A stretch of DNA of 64,000 nucleotides from a virus. Positions 37,473 through 48,090 of the stretch are shown in pieces (position 1 is the stretch's first letter; every line of letters starts with the position of its first letter). The stretch covers positions 1 to 64,000 of the IMG/VR virus record IMGVR_UViG_3300021091_000020; one strand, 5' to 3'. The notes below the pieces were generated by a model. The model was not told where the DNA came from. It saw only the letters and a list, made by a program, of their open reading frames with translations, and did no database searches. Made by a program: the position numbers and the translations under genes.

Positions 37473-38200
37473 AGACGTATCTCATAATTTATTTCACTAC
37501 CATCCAACATTTTTAATTCTTCTTTTTTCAAAAATGGAATCATCTGTGGATATATGCCAAAACCATTTGATGATCCATACAAACCTGCAAACGGGATAAT
37601 ATCCGTTTCATCATTATCTACTAAATCTATACAATAAAATTTATCAAAATTATTAGAACTCATCCCCTCAAATTTCCAAGGAGTAACATTCATGTCCCCA
37701 TCCAATAGTTCAAGAAATGTACTTTTTTTCCAAATGGCAGTCATCAAACTTGTTCTCCATTTTTGTTCTTTTGTTATCTCTCGTATAAAAACATTATCAT
37801 TTACTTCAAGAGAAATTCCATTTCCAGGAGGAGAAGTTATGAACCTAACATAATCTATTTTGTTTTCAATGACATAATCTATTAAAGAACTTAATTGATT
37901 TTGATCAACATAATCAATCAATGCATAATCTTCTTGCATATAGATGAAGTAATCACAATCAATACCATTCAAAAATGTTTTAATCATATACGACCAATCG
38001 GTTGGACCGTTTGACTCCATATTGAACTTTACATTCTTTAATTTAAGTGATGTTTCAAACTTTGGAAATTCTGAATTTTCTGACAAATAATATATTGGAT
38101 ATGGACAATCTTTCCAATACTTATTAAATAATTGTAGTTGTATATCCCATAGGTATCTATACTTATCACAACTACTAACAATAACAGGTATATTATTCAT
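37469..38200 (-). CDS. Putative GT-A glycosyltransferase
   Basis: SSCDKY..LW, YMQEDY, AIWKK..., PW.FE. Confidence 0.65.
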   Translation of the reverse strand: MNNIPVIVSSCDKYRYLWDIQLQLFNKYWKDCPYPIYYLSENSEFPKFETSLKLKNVKFNMESNGPTDWSYMIKTFLNGIDCDYFIYMQEDYALIDYVDQNQLSSLIDYVIENKIDYVRFITSPPGNGISLEVNDNVFIREITKEQKWRTSLMTAIWKKSTFLELLDGDMNVTPWKFEGMSSNNFDKFYCIDLVDNDETDIIPFAGLYGSSNGFGIYPQMIPFLKKEELKMLDGSEINYEIRL

Positions 38201-38203
38201 TTC

Positions 38204-38839
38204 TTATCTCCTAACATATAAACCATCACCCCAGCCATTACCTGTATCAAAATATTTTACAAGTTCAAAACCGAGTGACTTCATATAATTGGTAAATTCT
38301 GGTTCAAGCATACAACCTTTATACATACTATCAAAATTCAATTCCGTATAAATGTAATCAATATATTGTATGTTTTTTAAGAAACCTTTTATGGCAAAAA
38401 CTTCAGCACCTTGAATGTCTAACATCAAAACATTATATTTATTCATATCAATTTTTTCTCTTTCAATGAGAGTGTCAATCGTTATACTTCTTAATTTAAG
38501 AACATCAATAACATCAGACATCGTTGGATAGTAATATGAATGTCTATCAAATTGTAGCATTGAAGATGATTGTAAATGATTTGATATATTAAAATCATAT
38601 TCAATCCCATCAACATCTGATACAAGTTCATTAAAAATTAAACACCCACTATCAACATTATTTTTAAGTTCAGAAATGATATTTGGATTTGCTTCCACAA
38701 ATATAAAATCCGATATACCAATTTGTTTGAGTTTCAAAAATTCTTTGGAAATAAAACTTCCAATTTGTATCAGACCTTTAAAATTTAAATCAAACTCTAA
38801 TTTCAATTCATTCAAATCTAATTCTTTTAACATTATCAC
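38204..38839 (-). CDS. FkbM-family methyltransferase
   Basis: VEANP, SSSML, LDIQGAE, GWGDGLY. Confidence 0.85.
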   Translation of the reverse strand: MIMLKELDLNELKLEFDLNFKGLIQIGSFISKEFLKLKQIGISDFIFVEANPNIISELKNNVDSGCLIFNELVSDVDGIEYDFNISNHLQSSSMLQFDRHSYYYPTMSDVIDVLKLRSITIDTLIEREKIDMNKYNVLMLDIQGAEVFAIKGFLKNIQYIDYIYTELNFDSMYKGCMLEPEFTNYMKSLGFELVKYFDTGNGWGDGLYVRR

Positions 38840-39798
38840 AATTCCAATATATCAATAATTTTATTAGTTATATTCGGACCAGACGCGTTTTTAATATACC
38901 ACTCTCTCGCATTATTTGATATAAAATTTAAATAGTCATCATCGTTTATCACTTGATTGTATCTATCTATTATTTTATCTGCAAGTAATTGTGGATTTTT
39001 ATATCTATAAATTTCATCGAAATCGCAATCAACCGATATGTAATGGAAATCTGGAATAAGTTCATCGCTAGATTTAACTGCATATTTCGGTCTTATAGTT
39101 GGTATTCCCATCCCATACATTTCTATATCTCTAAAACAAAAATCGCCACATACATAACCACCACCAACTCCAAAACATAATGCAAGTTTAAATTGTATTG
39201 ATTCTTGAATGTAATCATCAAACAATAATGGACTATCACCGAAATAAAAACTATCCAATTTACTGTTTAAAATTTGTATAGACAATCTTCTATTAAATTC
39301 TACCATATTAGGATTACGATATATGCTACCACGCCAATATAATCTTTTGTCCAATTCTATTGAATTTCTATATTCTTTTATTGTTTCATAATTTTCTATT
39401 CCAAAATTCCAACAACTTTCTGGATAAACACTTGGTTTTATTTTATCAAGTAATTCTTTATTTTCTATTATTTGATTCCATAGTTGTTGATTATATTGTC
39501 CTATTGCTGCTCCAATGAAATTTTTAGATTTAGATAATTCAACAGTTAATGTTGGTGCATCACCGAAATCAAAAGTCTTAAATTTTTTTGTATCATCAAA
39601 TTCAAATATAATAATAGATCCTTGATTTATTAAGACATTACAATCGTTTTGATAATAAAACTTATCATCGCCATTCATATCATGGTGATTTATTTCATAT
39701 CTGTTCCCTAATATTTTTTTCAATTCATTTGTATTATGTGCATCAAATCTATGATTTGGAATACCTCTATGAAATGTGTATATGTTTAGTTTTTGCAT
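38836..39798 (-). CDS. Putative glycosyltransferase
   Basis: LYWRGS...LCFG.GG...CFRDIE..GMGIP.I; cluster context. Confidence 0.55.
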   Translation of the reverse strand: MQKLNIYTFHRGIPNHRFDAHNTNELKKILGNRYEINHHDMNGDDKFYYQNDCNVLINQGSIIIFEFDDTKKFKTFDFGDAPTLTVELSKSKNFIGAAIGQYNQQLWNQIIENKELLDKIKPSVYPESCWNFGIENYETIKEYRNSIELDKRLYWRGSIYRNPNMVEFNRRLSIQILNSKLDSFYFGDSPLLFDDYIQESIQFKLALCFGVGGGYVCGDFCFRDIEMYGMGIPTIRPKYAVKSSDELIPDFHYISVDCDFDEIYRYKNPQLLADKIIDRYNQVINDDDYLNFISNNAREWYIKNASGPNITNKIIDILEL

Positions 39799-39799
39799 A

Positions 39800-40537
39800 T
39801 CAATCCATAACAATGTAATTTTTACTTTTCAACCATCTAACATTTGCAAATTCAGTTTGAAATTCAGTAACATCAGCTTTCATATTTTTATAGCCGATGT
39901 GTCTTTCTTTGAAAGCATTTTCTATGTAGTATTTTTTTCCATCAAAGAAATCTTTTCTACCGTCATCATCTTTTTTATTCATATCACCATTGTCTTCGTG
40001 ATATAAACAATAGAATGTTCCGAGTTCATTTCTTTTTACGGGTATATTTGCCCAAACAAATCGTTCACGCAAATCTTCATCTTCATTACCCCAACCACGA
40101 TACTTTGGGTTGAACCCATTGATAGTTTCAAAGTGTTCTCGCTTCATACAAATAACTCCACCGTAAAATCTACTATCAATTTCATTTGACCATTTACGAT
40201 AACCGGCAGGTATGTCTGTATATTCTCTTGGAGACTTATTATCTTTGTCTAAAAATATACCAACTCTTGCAGGAAGAACTGGAATATCATCAACTTCATA
40301 TGAAACATCATCTGCAGGAACATAATCTACTTGATGAAATATAACAATATCGCCAGTTGATTTTCCGTATCCTACATTCTGAACACATGATATTTGAAAG
40401 TTATCGTTATTATTTTGTTCAGAAATTATTATCTCATAATCTTTACCGGAAAATACTTCTTGTAATCTTGGTAACAATACACTTAAATTATCTTCTCGGT
40501 TTCTATATGGTATTATTATTGAGTATTTCACAATCAA
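39800..40537 (-). CDS. GT7-like galactosyltransferase
   Basis: IIIPYRNRE, FHQVD, YGGV....F..INGF...Y.GWGNEDEDL. Confidence 0.85.
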   Translation of the reverse strand: MIVKYSIIIPYRNREDNLSVLLPRLQEVFSGKDYEIIISEQNNNDNFQISCVQNVGYGKSTGDIVIFHQVDYVPADDVSYEVDDIPVLPARVGIFLDKDNKSPREYTDIPAGYRKWSNEIDSRFYGGVICMKREHFETINGFNPKYRGWGNEDEDLRERFVWANIPVKRNELGTFYCLYHEDNGDMNKKDDDGRKDFFDGKKYYIENAFKERHIGYKNMKADVTEFQTEFANVRWLKSKNYIVMD

Positions 40538-41169
40538 ACTCTCTTATATGATGCCTTTTTTCCATCATTTTCAATTAACTGAAACTTATTGTCTTTTAAT
40601 AATTTGTTTTGTATTTTCGATAAATCATAATAAGTAACATCATCGAATACAATATACCCACCAATAGAAATCCTATCCATAAAGAAATCAACTTCTGCCA
40701 TAACTTCGGATAGTGAATGTGGACCGTCAAGATGAACCAATGCATAGTTTGTATACATTGTTTTATCAATATCGTATATTGGAACACCGTCTTTATATTT
40801 ATCAAAAAATTCAGTATCTTCCAAACATATCAAATCAAATAATATGTTTTTTTCCATTGCAAGTTTGTAGAGTTTTATCATTGTATCATATTTCATTTGA
40901 TTGGTATAATCAAATCTAACTCTCGCCCCTTCCATAGAACTGTATATCAAGTTACCATACGGATCTATCGCAATGAATGGCCTTTTTGTATTATCGGTGT
41001 CCATACATCCTATCATCATAACGCCCATACCACCACCTTGTCTTAAACCAACTTCACAAACTATTCCGTCAACACCAACAATATCTTTTGCCGCATTATA
41101 CAAAACATTGTGATCATTATGATCAAACTCTAATCCAAACTGTTTTGCTCTTAAAACTATTGAACTCAT
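40534..41169 (-). CDS. Class I SAM O-methyltransferase (Methyltransf_24/TylF-like)
   Basis: CEVGLRQGG, IDPY, VHLDGPH, GGYIVFDD. Confidence 0.8.
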   Translation of the reverse strand: MSSIVLRAKQFGLEFDHNDHNVLYNAAKDIVGVDGIVCEVGLRQGGGMGVMMIGCMDTDNTKRPFIAIDPYGNLIYSSMEGARVRFDYTNQMKYDTMIKLYKLAMEKNILFDLICLEDTEFFDKYKDGVPIYDIDKTMYTNYALVHLDGPHSLSEVMAEVDFFMDRISIGGYIVFDDVTYYDLSKIQNKLLKDNKFQLIENDGKKASYKRV

Positions 41170-41193
41170 ATAAACTCCAATTAAAATTTAAAA

Positions 41194-41955
41194 TCATAAC
41201 CTATCATACTGATGTACTATTGTATATTCACCAACTTTATTTATATCAAATTTAACATGACCACTTGCAATTACGTGAAGATGTACACCAAACTTATCAT
41301 TTAAATCCGTGAACATTACATCATCTTTATATGATGTTTGTATCAAATAATTAAATGATGTTTGATCAGCAACAAGTTTTTTACCAACAGACATAAGATA
41401 AATGTCTTTACATATATTCTTTACATAGTGACCACCACCACCGAAAACACCAACATTGTAAACTTCTTTGTCCATCAATGTGTCAGTTCCTATTCCACCT
41501 AAATTAACAAACAAGTGCCGTTTATTCCAATCTTCGTTTTCATATTTAACAACTTCACTTGAAGCAATTATCAAATTATGTGGTATCTGGTGAAAAGGAT
41601 CTCTATTGAAATATACGTCCCTAACATCAGTTATCAAAACTTTTTCATAATCATTATCATTTAAAAATTGCCATATATGAAAGAAACGAACATTGTGAAC
41701 AAGATTGTATGATGTTTCAATATCCATCTGTCCGGTGTCTGTTAAAAATTCATTTACAATATCACCGTAAATATTATGTTCCGGCAAAATAACTTCTACT
41801 TTATTTTCTTTTAGATACGATATAATATCTAGATTGGAATTGTTATACAGTAATAATACACGATCACATTCTATTGAGTTTGATGTTTCAACCCACTTTT
41901 GAATATCACTTACTTTATAGTTTCCACTTATTGCACCGATAATTAAATTATCCAT
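41194..41955 (-). CDS. Putative GT-A glycosyltransferase
   Basis: ITDVRDVYF..DPF, NVGVFGG, ADQ..FN, VHQYDR. Confidence 0.65.
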   Translation of the reverse strand: MDNLIIGAISGNYKVSDIQKWVETSNSIECDRVLLLYNNSNLDIISYLKENKVEVILPEHNIYGDIVNEFLTDTGQMDIETSYNLVHNVRFFHIWQFLNDNDYEKVLITDVRDVYFNRDPFHQIPHNLIIASSEVVKYENEDWNKRHLFVNLGGIGTDTLMDKEVYNVGVFGGGGHYVKNICKDIYLMSVGKKLVADQTSFNYLIQTSYKDDVMFTDLNDKFGVHLHVIASGHVKFDINKVGEYTIVHQYDRL

Positions 41956-41966
41956 TTAATATCACT

Positions 41967-42590
41967 TTACATTTTTGAATAAAAATCATTTTGTTTTTCT
42001 TGACGTTCTATTGTTTTCGGATGATAAAAACAAAAATCATCTTCTGCGGGTAATGATGTATGTGATGTATATCCAGACAATCTTTCATGTACTTTATTTT
42101 TCCAAACAATTTCTTTTTTGTTTCTGTATATGCGTGTTTGATAATCTGGCCAATTTATTCTTCCATGTTCATCATACACCCATCCCCACTTATCAATATG
42201 TTCCTGAGTTATATTATCAACTGTATTCCATCTTGGGACTAAAAACATTTCAACTTCTGAATTGTCTTTTAATATAGTGTATATGTTTCTTATCAAAAAG
42301 TCCGATGGTATTTCATCTGCATCTATATTGAATATCCATTCTTTTTTACAATGTTTCTTCAAATTGTTCTTAAATTTTGAGAAATTATTATTTAATGGAA
42401 ACTCAACAACTGTTAGGTTTTTTATTAAATGTTTATTATTTTCTATCAAATTTTTAACTTCATCCGTAACGGTATCTTTATCCATTTGAATAACAATTTC
42501 ATCTGCATCTGTTATTTTATTTTTCAAATAATAAATTAATCGCAATAATTCATCATGTTCATTGCAAACTGTTATAGTATATGAAATCAT
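41967..42590 (-). CDS. Glycosyltransferase family 2
   Basis: ISYTITVCNE, WIFNIDADE, WPDYQ.R, VHE. Confidence 0.85.
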   Translation of the reverse strand: MISYTITVCNEHDELLRLIYYLKNKITDADEIVIQMDKDTVTDEVKNLIENNKHLIKNLTVVEFPLNNNFSKFKNNLKKHCKKEWIFNIDADEIPSDFLIRNIYTILKDNSEVEMFLVPRWNTVDNITQEHIDKWGWVYDEHGRINWPDYQTRIYRNKKEIVWKNKVHERLSGYTSHTSLPAEDDFCFYHPKTIERQEKQNDFYSKM

Positions 42591-43909
42591 ATTTTTTCTC
42601 CATTGAGATCTATTTTTTTAAGAGTTGGTAATTTTTTAAGTTGAGGTAAATTTAAGTCTAATTTTTTAGAGAATATAGGCAAATTACTTTCAAGTATGCC
42701 AATAAATTTCTGATGCATTGCATCAAATGACCACAACTTTTCCAATTCTCTAATAGATCTCTTTGAACTTATCAAATACTTTTGATAATTTTTATGCACC
42801 TTATCCAATTCAATTGCTGCAGATTGATAGTTTACATTAAACCAAGACGATCCATCGTTGATAATTCCTTCCCACACTGCACTTTTATGCACAGGTTTAA
42901 CTTCACCTTTTAACAATACATGGAAATTTTTATTAACAAAATCAGTATGCCCACTCCAATCCGAAACAAGAACAGGTTTTCCAGAAGTGATAAATTCAGC
43001 AATTGGTCTACCATAACCTTCACCCTTTGTAAAAGAAACAAGTGCCTTTATTTTTTCGTGATTGTAAAGAGTATTCATTTCAGGATCTGTTAAATCACCA
43101 TGTAACAAATAAACATTTGGTAAATCCGTTTTATTAGTCATTGTTTTTATCAAATTTATTTTTTCTATTATTCTACTCTTATCCGTAACAGAAAATGTAC
43201 CCGAAGAAGATTTTAATAACAATGCAGGTTTGTTTGGTTTGTTTGCAAATGTTTCCAAGAAAGTGTATATCATTCCAGAAATATCTTTTCGGTCTTGACC
43301 GAAATCGCCTTTCAACCAATGACCAACGAAAAGATAAACAAATTTTTCATCAATTTCATTTATGGTTTTAGTTATACCTTCATCCATAGTGTTTGATTTA
43401 CCATATATTTCAAGTCTAACTCCTTCATGTAAAATTTCAATTGGAACATTAACTGAAAGATTACCAACCGCCTGATTAGTATGTTTATCTCTCTTTTCGT
43501 ATGATGTATTTAGGAATACATTTTTTGCATGTTTTGATGGAACAATTACTAAATCCATTCTATTACAACCTTCAATCCATTCGTGAGAACATATGTCAGT
43601 TTCTACACCTGCTGTTATTCCGATATTATATTTACCAACTTTTTGAAATTCATTTGGTATAGTACATTGCATCCAAATATCTGGTTGTGATGTGAGTGAT
43701 CCATTATGTATTAAATCCAATATAAGTTTGTGTTCTGGATTATTTTCATCCAAAGCATTCATTGGAGTTTCCCCCCAATTTATAGACATAACTTTTATAT
43801 CAAACTTATCCATTTTTATTAAAGATAAAAGTATATCTCTTGCATGTGCGCCATATCCACTAACAGTAGTAACCGGAGCACAAAAAGCTAATTGTGGTCT
43901 ATAATTCAT
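42587..43909 (-). CDS. GT4-like glycosyltransferase
   Basis: SGYG.HARD, FVGHW, RK, GEGYGRP..E....KPV....WSGH.DF. Confidence 0.85.
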   Translation of the reverse strand: MNYRPQLAFCAPVTTVSGYGAHARDILLSLIKMDKFDIKVMSINWGETPMNALDENNPEHKLILDLIHNGSLTSQPDIWMQCTIPNEFQKVGKYNIGITAGVETDICSHEWIEGCNRMDLVIVPSKHAKNVFLNTSYEKRDKHTNQAVGNLSVNVPIEILHEGVRLEIYGKSNTMDEGITKTINEIDEKFVYLFVGHWLKGDFGQDRKDISGMIYTFLETFANKPNKPALLLKSSSGTFSVTDKSRIIEKINLIKTMTNKTDLPNVYLLHGDLTDPEMNTLYNHEKIKALVSFTKGEGYGRPIAEFITSGKPVLVSDWSGHTDFVNKNFHVLLKGEVKPVHKSAVWEGIINDGSSWFNVNYQSAAIELDKVHKNYQKYLISSKRSIRELEKLWSFDAMHQKFIGILESNLPIFSKKLDLNLPQLKKLPTLKKIDLNGEKI

Positions 43910-43916
43910 ATCATCC

Positions 43917-45341
43917 TCATGTTAAGTATAATTCAAAACGATTTTTTGGTTTAAAGTTTTCCAACACGGCATTTATATCAACAATGATTCTATTAGCCAT
44001 ATTGTCTCTTGACATTCCAACTGCCTCATTCATCAGAAACTCTCTACCCTTTAAACCAGCAGAAGTTCTTTCTTGTTTTGGTGTCTTATACCATTCATAT
44101 AAAGCATTACCAATATCTCTGAAATCGGCACGGTCATCAAAAATATATGGTGTTGGGACTGAACCTTGTAATGATATATTTGATGGCCAAACTGGCTTAA
44201 CCCATTCACCATGTTTCAAATGTCCCCATTCATCTTTTCTATGTAAAGTGTGTATTTCAATATAGTCATCAGCAGTAAAATAATCATTTGTTTCTGGATT
44301 GATAAAACCACATTGGTCTTGCATACCACCTGTTACATTAACAACAATAGGAGTTCCGGCAGAAACAGCTTCTGCTGTTCCCAATCCAAATCCTTCATTT
44401 GATGCCATATTAACAACAACATCTGCATTGTTGTAAAGTATATTCAATTGATTTCCAGAAATTACTTTTTCATCAAACAATACGGAATATTCATTACATA
44501 ATTCTCCAACTAAAGCAACCAAATCAGTTCCATTTGGATCGATAGGTTGCGTGTGCATGAATAACACACAATTGTTTTTAGCATCACCGCCATTCTTATC
44601 AATTAACTGACACATATGTTTGTAAGCAAGAACAACATCACCGGGATGTTTACGATGAATATTTCTGTTATTCCACATTACTACAAATTTATCTGGATTG
44701 TTTCCTCGAATTTTTTTACTTTCATCTTCCATTTTTTGAAAATCAGGATGTCCTTCATTTATTGGAAAAAATATTCCAGTATCAATTCCGTGTGGAACAT
44801 AAGTTATTCTATAACTTGGCGCCGGTTCATTTATTCTAGAGAATATTCTTTTATTTATGCCATATGTTTGTTTTGAAATTGCCATCAATAAATCACAACT
44901 CGCATAAGCTTCTTTGTTCCACATTGGATCCGTTGCGGTATCTCCAATCAAACCAGCACCATCCCAAATGTTCAAATACATTAGTGGTATCTTTTGGCGT
45001 ATTTCATGTTCCATATTATACAACCATCCCCAAAATCTTGGATCTGTAAAGTGAAGAATTGCATCTGGTTTTTCAATTTCAATAAGTCTCCTCAATAAAA
45101 ATGAATCACCATACCCATCATTACAATATACTTTTACATACGCATCTTTTACTCCAGTCATGTTTTTAGTATCTTCACATAAATCCATAACCTTACCTTT
45201 ATCTGGATGATTTATAGCCGCACCAACTTGAACCCAATCAAATTCTCTTGCAGTTCCAATTACTATATCTCTTGATACAGTTGCAATGCCGGATGTTAGT
45301 CTCAAATCATCTGACAACAATAATATCTTTTTCTTTGCCAT
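43917..45341 (-). CDS. GT4-like glycosyltransferase
   Basis: SGIATV, VPHGID, NRN..RK, NEGFGL...EA...GTPIV...TGG. Confidence 0.85.
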   Translation of the reverse strand: MAKKKILLLSDDLRLTSGIATVSRDIVIGTAREFDWVQVGAAINHPDKGKVMDLCEDTKNMTGVKDAYVKVYCNDGYGDSFLLRRLIEIEKPDAILHFTDPRFWGWLYNMEHEIRQKIPLMYLNIWDGAGLIGDTATDPMWNKEAYASCDLLMAISKQTYGINKRIFSRINEPAPSYRITYVPHGIDTGIFFPINEGHPDFQKMEDESKKIRGNNPDKFVVMWNNRNIHRKHPGDVVLAYKHMCQLIDKNGGDAKNNCVLFMHTQPIDPNGTDLVALVGELCNEYSVLFDEKVISGNQLNILYNNADVVVNMASNEGFGLGTAEAVSAGTPIVVNVTGGMQDQCGFINPETNDYFTADDYIEIHTLHRKDEWGHLKHGEWVKPVWPSNISLQGSVPTPYIFDDRADFRDIGNALYEWYKTPKQERTSAGLKGREFLMNEAVGMSRDNMANRIIVDINAVLENFKPKNRFELYLT

Positions 45342-45350
45342 GTGAAACCT

Positions 45351-46736
45351 TTATATGTTAAAAAACTTCTGTGTTGTGTTTGTGGAAACGGTTTGCATAT
45401 TCAATAACATCTTACGATACGGTTTGAATTTGTAACCCATCTGTTCCAATGAAGAATTAAACCAATCTTCCGAATAATTATCTTTATTTCGTTTACCATT
45501 TGAAACTATCGTTTGCATATCACGAATAAAGTTATCAAGTTTATTCATGTCTCTGGTCAATCTTATCAATCTCAATCTTCTTCTGTTATATTCTTCTTCA
45601 TCTTGTTCTAATCTTTGTATCTCCAATATAAGACTTTTTAACGAATTTTCCAAATCATTTATATCATAAGACAAAACTAATTCAGCAAATTCTGTTCCTT
45701 TGAACAAGTCAATATATGTTTTATCATAAATTGGAATAGTCATCAAGTTCTTTTCTATCTGAGCATATTCAAATCTTGGTGTGATGAACATTCCGAAGAA
45801 AGGCACTTTGGTGTTTGTTGTTGATATACTAAATCTACAACCAGTTAAAAAGTTCATCATACTTTCCATCGTGTATGTTCCGGCGAGTATCATTGGTTTA
45901 TCGTTATCAAAAACTTTGAACACAGTTGGATCCAAATCAAAGTCTGGTAGAAATGTATCACTAAAAGTTTTACGAGAAACATTTGCGTGTTCTGCTAATA
46001 TCTTTACATGATTGAAATAATTTTCGGGCGAGTAAGTGTTTCCGATGTGAACCAATTTCTTACCTGAAAGGTCTTTCAATCCTAAATTGCCCATTGTTTC
46101 TACTATCGGTTTGAAGTTCCCATGACCTTTGAATTTAGCATAGTATGCACATTCTGAAATATATGGTAATTCTTTTTTATCTATCCATGATTTTTCAATC
46201 CACTTGTCATAGATACTCATGTCAATGTAACCACCGACTTGAAAAGTATATGCAGAAGTTCCTCTCATTCCAATATACTCTTTGAGTGCATCCACAAAAA
46301 ACGGTGTGTATGTTAAATAATAATCACTATATTTTATGAAAGCAGGAACACAAATAGTATTGAAGTGCATGCCCTCATACGGGTATATCTCATGGTCAAA
46401 GAATGCAGTTATAGTATTCAACTTACAATACATCTTTGCCAAGTCAATCAATTTTTGTTTGTGTTCTGGTTTTCTTTTTTCTATACCATCAACATCATAG
46501 ATAAATTTGTTGAGGTTCAAAACAACAATATCATAACCTTCCAATTTGTTTTTCAGTTCTGTCATTTCCATTTCGGAAATATCTACACAGTTCTGATATT
46601 CAGATTTGAAATTATTTGTTTCGCTAGGATTAAAGTAAAAGGTATCAACACTATCCAGTGATGATATATTTTTTGTAAAGGTATGTATGCCCCTATAAAC
46701 CGAAAGGTCAATAATTGCTAATTGAGCTATTTTCAC
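45351..46736 (-). CDS. T4 alpha-glucosyltransferase-like DNA glycosyltransferase
   Basis: Collinear resemblance to the T4 Agt sequence as recalled: YDIVVLN, FDHE, YTFQ..., SW.D..E, G...SP, Y....MM..L....F, EY...E....TIPIY, YD.ND.E, Y.RRR. C-terminus QKFFNI. Confidence 0.65.
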   Translation of the reverse strand: MKIAQLAIIDLSVYRGIHTFTKNISSLDSVDTFYFNPSETNNFKSEYQNCVDISEMEMTELKNKLEGYDIVVLNLNKFIYDVDGIEKRKPEHKQKLIDLAKMYCKLNTITAFFDHEIYPYEGMHFNTICVPAFIKYSDYYLTYTPFFVDALKEYIGMRGTSAYTFQVGGYIDMSIYDKWIEKSWIDKKELPYISECAYYAKFKGHGNFKPIVETMGNLGLKDLSGKKLVHIGNTYSPENYFNHVKILAEHANVSRKTFSDTFLPDFDLDPTVFKVFDNDKPMILAGTYTMESMMNFLTGCRFSISTTNTKVPFFGMFITPRFEYAQIEKNLMTIPIYDKTYIDLFKGTEFAELVLSYDINDLENSLKSLILEIQRLEQDEEEYNRRRLRLIRLTRDMNKLDNFIRDMQTIVSNGKRNKDNYSEDWFNSSLEQMGYKFKPYRKMLLNMQTVSTNTTQKFFNI

Positions 46737-46796
46737 GAAACACCTAATGATATTAGTTTACTATAAATATCTAGTATTTTTACAAAACATTAAATT

Positions 46797-47708
46797 TTAG
46801 AATGGCATTATGTTTCTTTTTTCTTTCGGACAAAGTTCTTCGTTAGTATTAAATTCACAATACTTACAGTTTGAATAATTGTTACCGCCTTCGGCAGGAT
46901 ATATTACATCCAATTTATATTCACCGTCTTCGGTAAATACAGTTGTAATAAATTCAGCAATTTCTTTCTTTATATTGTTTTGAGAAACTTTGCCGTTCGA
47001 TGGTTCAAATCTTTGAACTCTTTGTTTCATTGCTTCGTATTCTGCATCTTCAATAATCTTTCTACGCAGAATTAAATACTCAACATTTATTTCTTCTGGA
47101 CTAACACCATATTGTTTTGCATAATATGTTTTGTATAGAACAAGTTGTGATGTCTTTACCTTATCTGCCTTTGCATATTTGTTCCAACCGTTTGTGCTGG
47201 TTTTGAAATCATATATGTATATCTCACCAGTCTTTGTATTCTTAATAACCAAATCCAAAAATCCAACAAGTTTAACTGTTGGATGTGTTTCGAGTGGAAC
47301 AATGTTTATAGGCATTTCAATACCAACCAATTCATAATCTTTCTTTTGAAAGAAATCTGCTCTATGTGCCTTAAACCAATGAAGAATTTGAACACCGTCT
47401 GAATAGTATTCTTTAAGTTCTTTATCACTTGAAAAGTGAACATCTTTATTTTCGGTGAGTAATTTTTTATATTCATCACGAATACCACTCTGTAACATTT
47501 CATTGAGATCAAGTTTATTTGCCTCAACAATTGATTTCTCATAGATGGTCTTAACATACTCTTGCAACACTTCATGCATTACTGTTCCGAATAGAGCAGC
47601 AGTTGATGGTTGATAAGTTGCGAGTTTATCTATGTATGCGAGTTTCCATCTATGAGGACAACCTTTCCATATTTGATATTGTGAAAAAGATACCTTTTTG
47701 TTAGGCAT
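46797..47708 (-). CDS. PD-(D/E)xK RecB/Cas4-like exonuclease
   Basis: SFSQ....CP, FGTVMHE, GFLDL...IYDFKTS, QL..Y, C.YC.F...C. Confidence 0.85.
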   Translation of the reverse strand: MPNKKVSFSQYQIWKGCPHRWKLAYIDKLATYQPSTAALFGTVMHEVLQEYVKTIYEKSIVEANKLDLNEMLQSGIRDEYKKLLTENKDVHFSSDKELKEYYSDGVQILHWFKAHRADFFQKKDYELVGIEMPINIVPLETHPTVKLVGFLDLVIKNTKTGEIYIYDFKTSTNGWNKYAKADKVKTSQLVLYKTYYAKQYGVSPEEINVEYLILRRKIIEDAEYEAMKQRVQRFEPSNGKVSQNNIKKEIAEFITTVFTEDGEYKLDVIYPAEGGNNYSNCKYCEFNTNEELCPKEKRNIMPF

Positions 47709-48079
47709 TATTTACCCCACTTACCTGACTGAACAAGTTGTGCAATGATACCATATACCGAAATATCTTTGAATGTATCATCCAAACATTCACCGACTGC
47801 ATCTTTTGAACCAAACATAATCATTTGTTTGTAACGATTTACTTTATCATTTATACGAAAGAAAAGACCCTGTAAAGAAAGTTTACGGTCTTCTTCTCTT
47901 TCCAATGATGATCCCATAGAGATATTATCAGGACCATAATTAGACTGTTTTGCACAAAATAATTCATATTGTGCCTGTTGTATTCTCTTAAACTCGGCAG
48001 TCATCACCGGAAATTTCTTTTCCATTTCAGTAACAACATCGGGCTGTTTCCTACCCAAATCAATTTCTTTTATTGACAT
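47708..48079 (-). CDS. DUF1599-like (nucleotide-modification-associated) protein
   Basis: F..KQ.NYG..N...GL..R..DK..R...E...DTF.D...YGII pattern. Confidence 0.75.
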   Translation of the reverse strand: MSIKEIDLGRKQPDVVTEMEKKFPVMTAEFKRIQQAQYELFCAKQSNYGPDNISMGSSLEREEDRKLSLQGLFFRINDKVNRYKQMIMFGSKDAVGECLDDTFKDISVYGIIAQLVQSGKWGK

Positions 48080-48090
48080 TTTATTATTCC

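Noticed and set aside
29022-45341. Bacterial O-antigen or capsule locus (host contamination)
   Set aside because: No wzx, wzy, wzz or ABC exporter, and the cluster is contiguous and co-oriented with phage genes on both sides.
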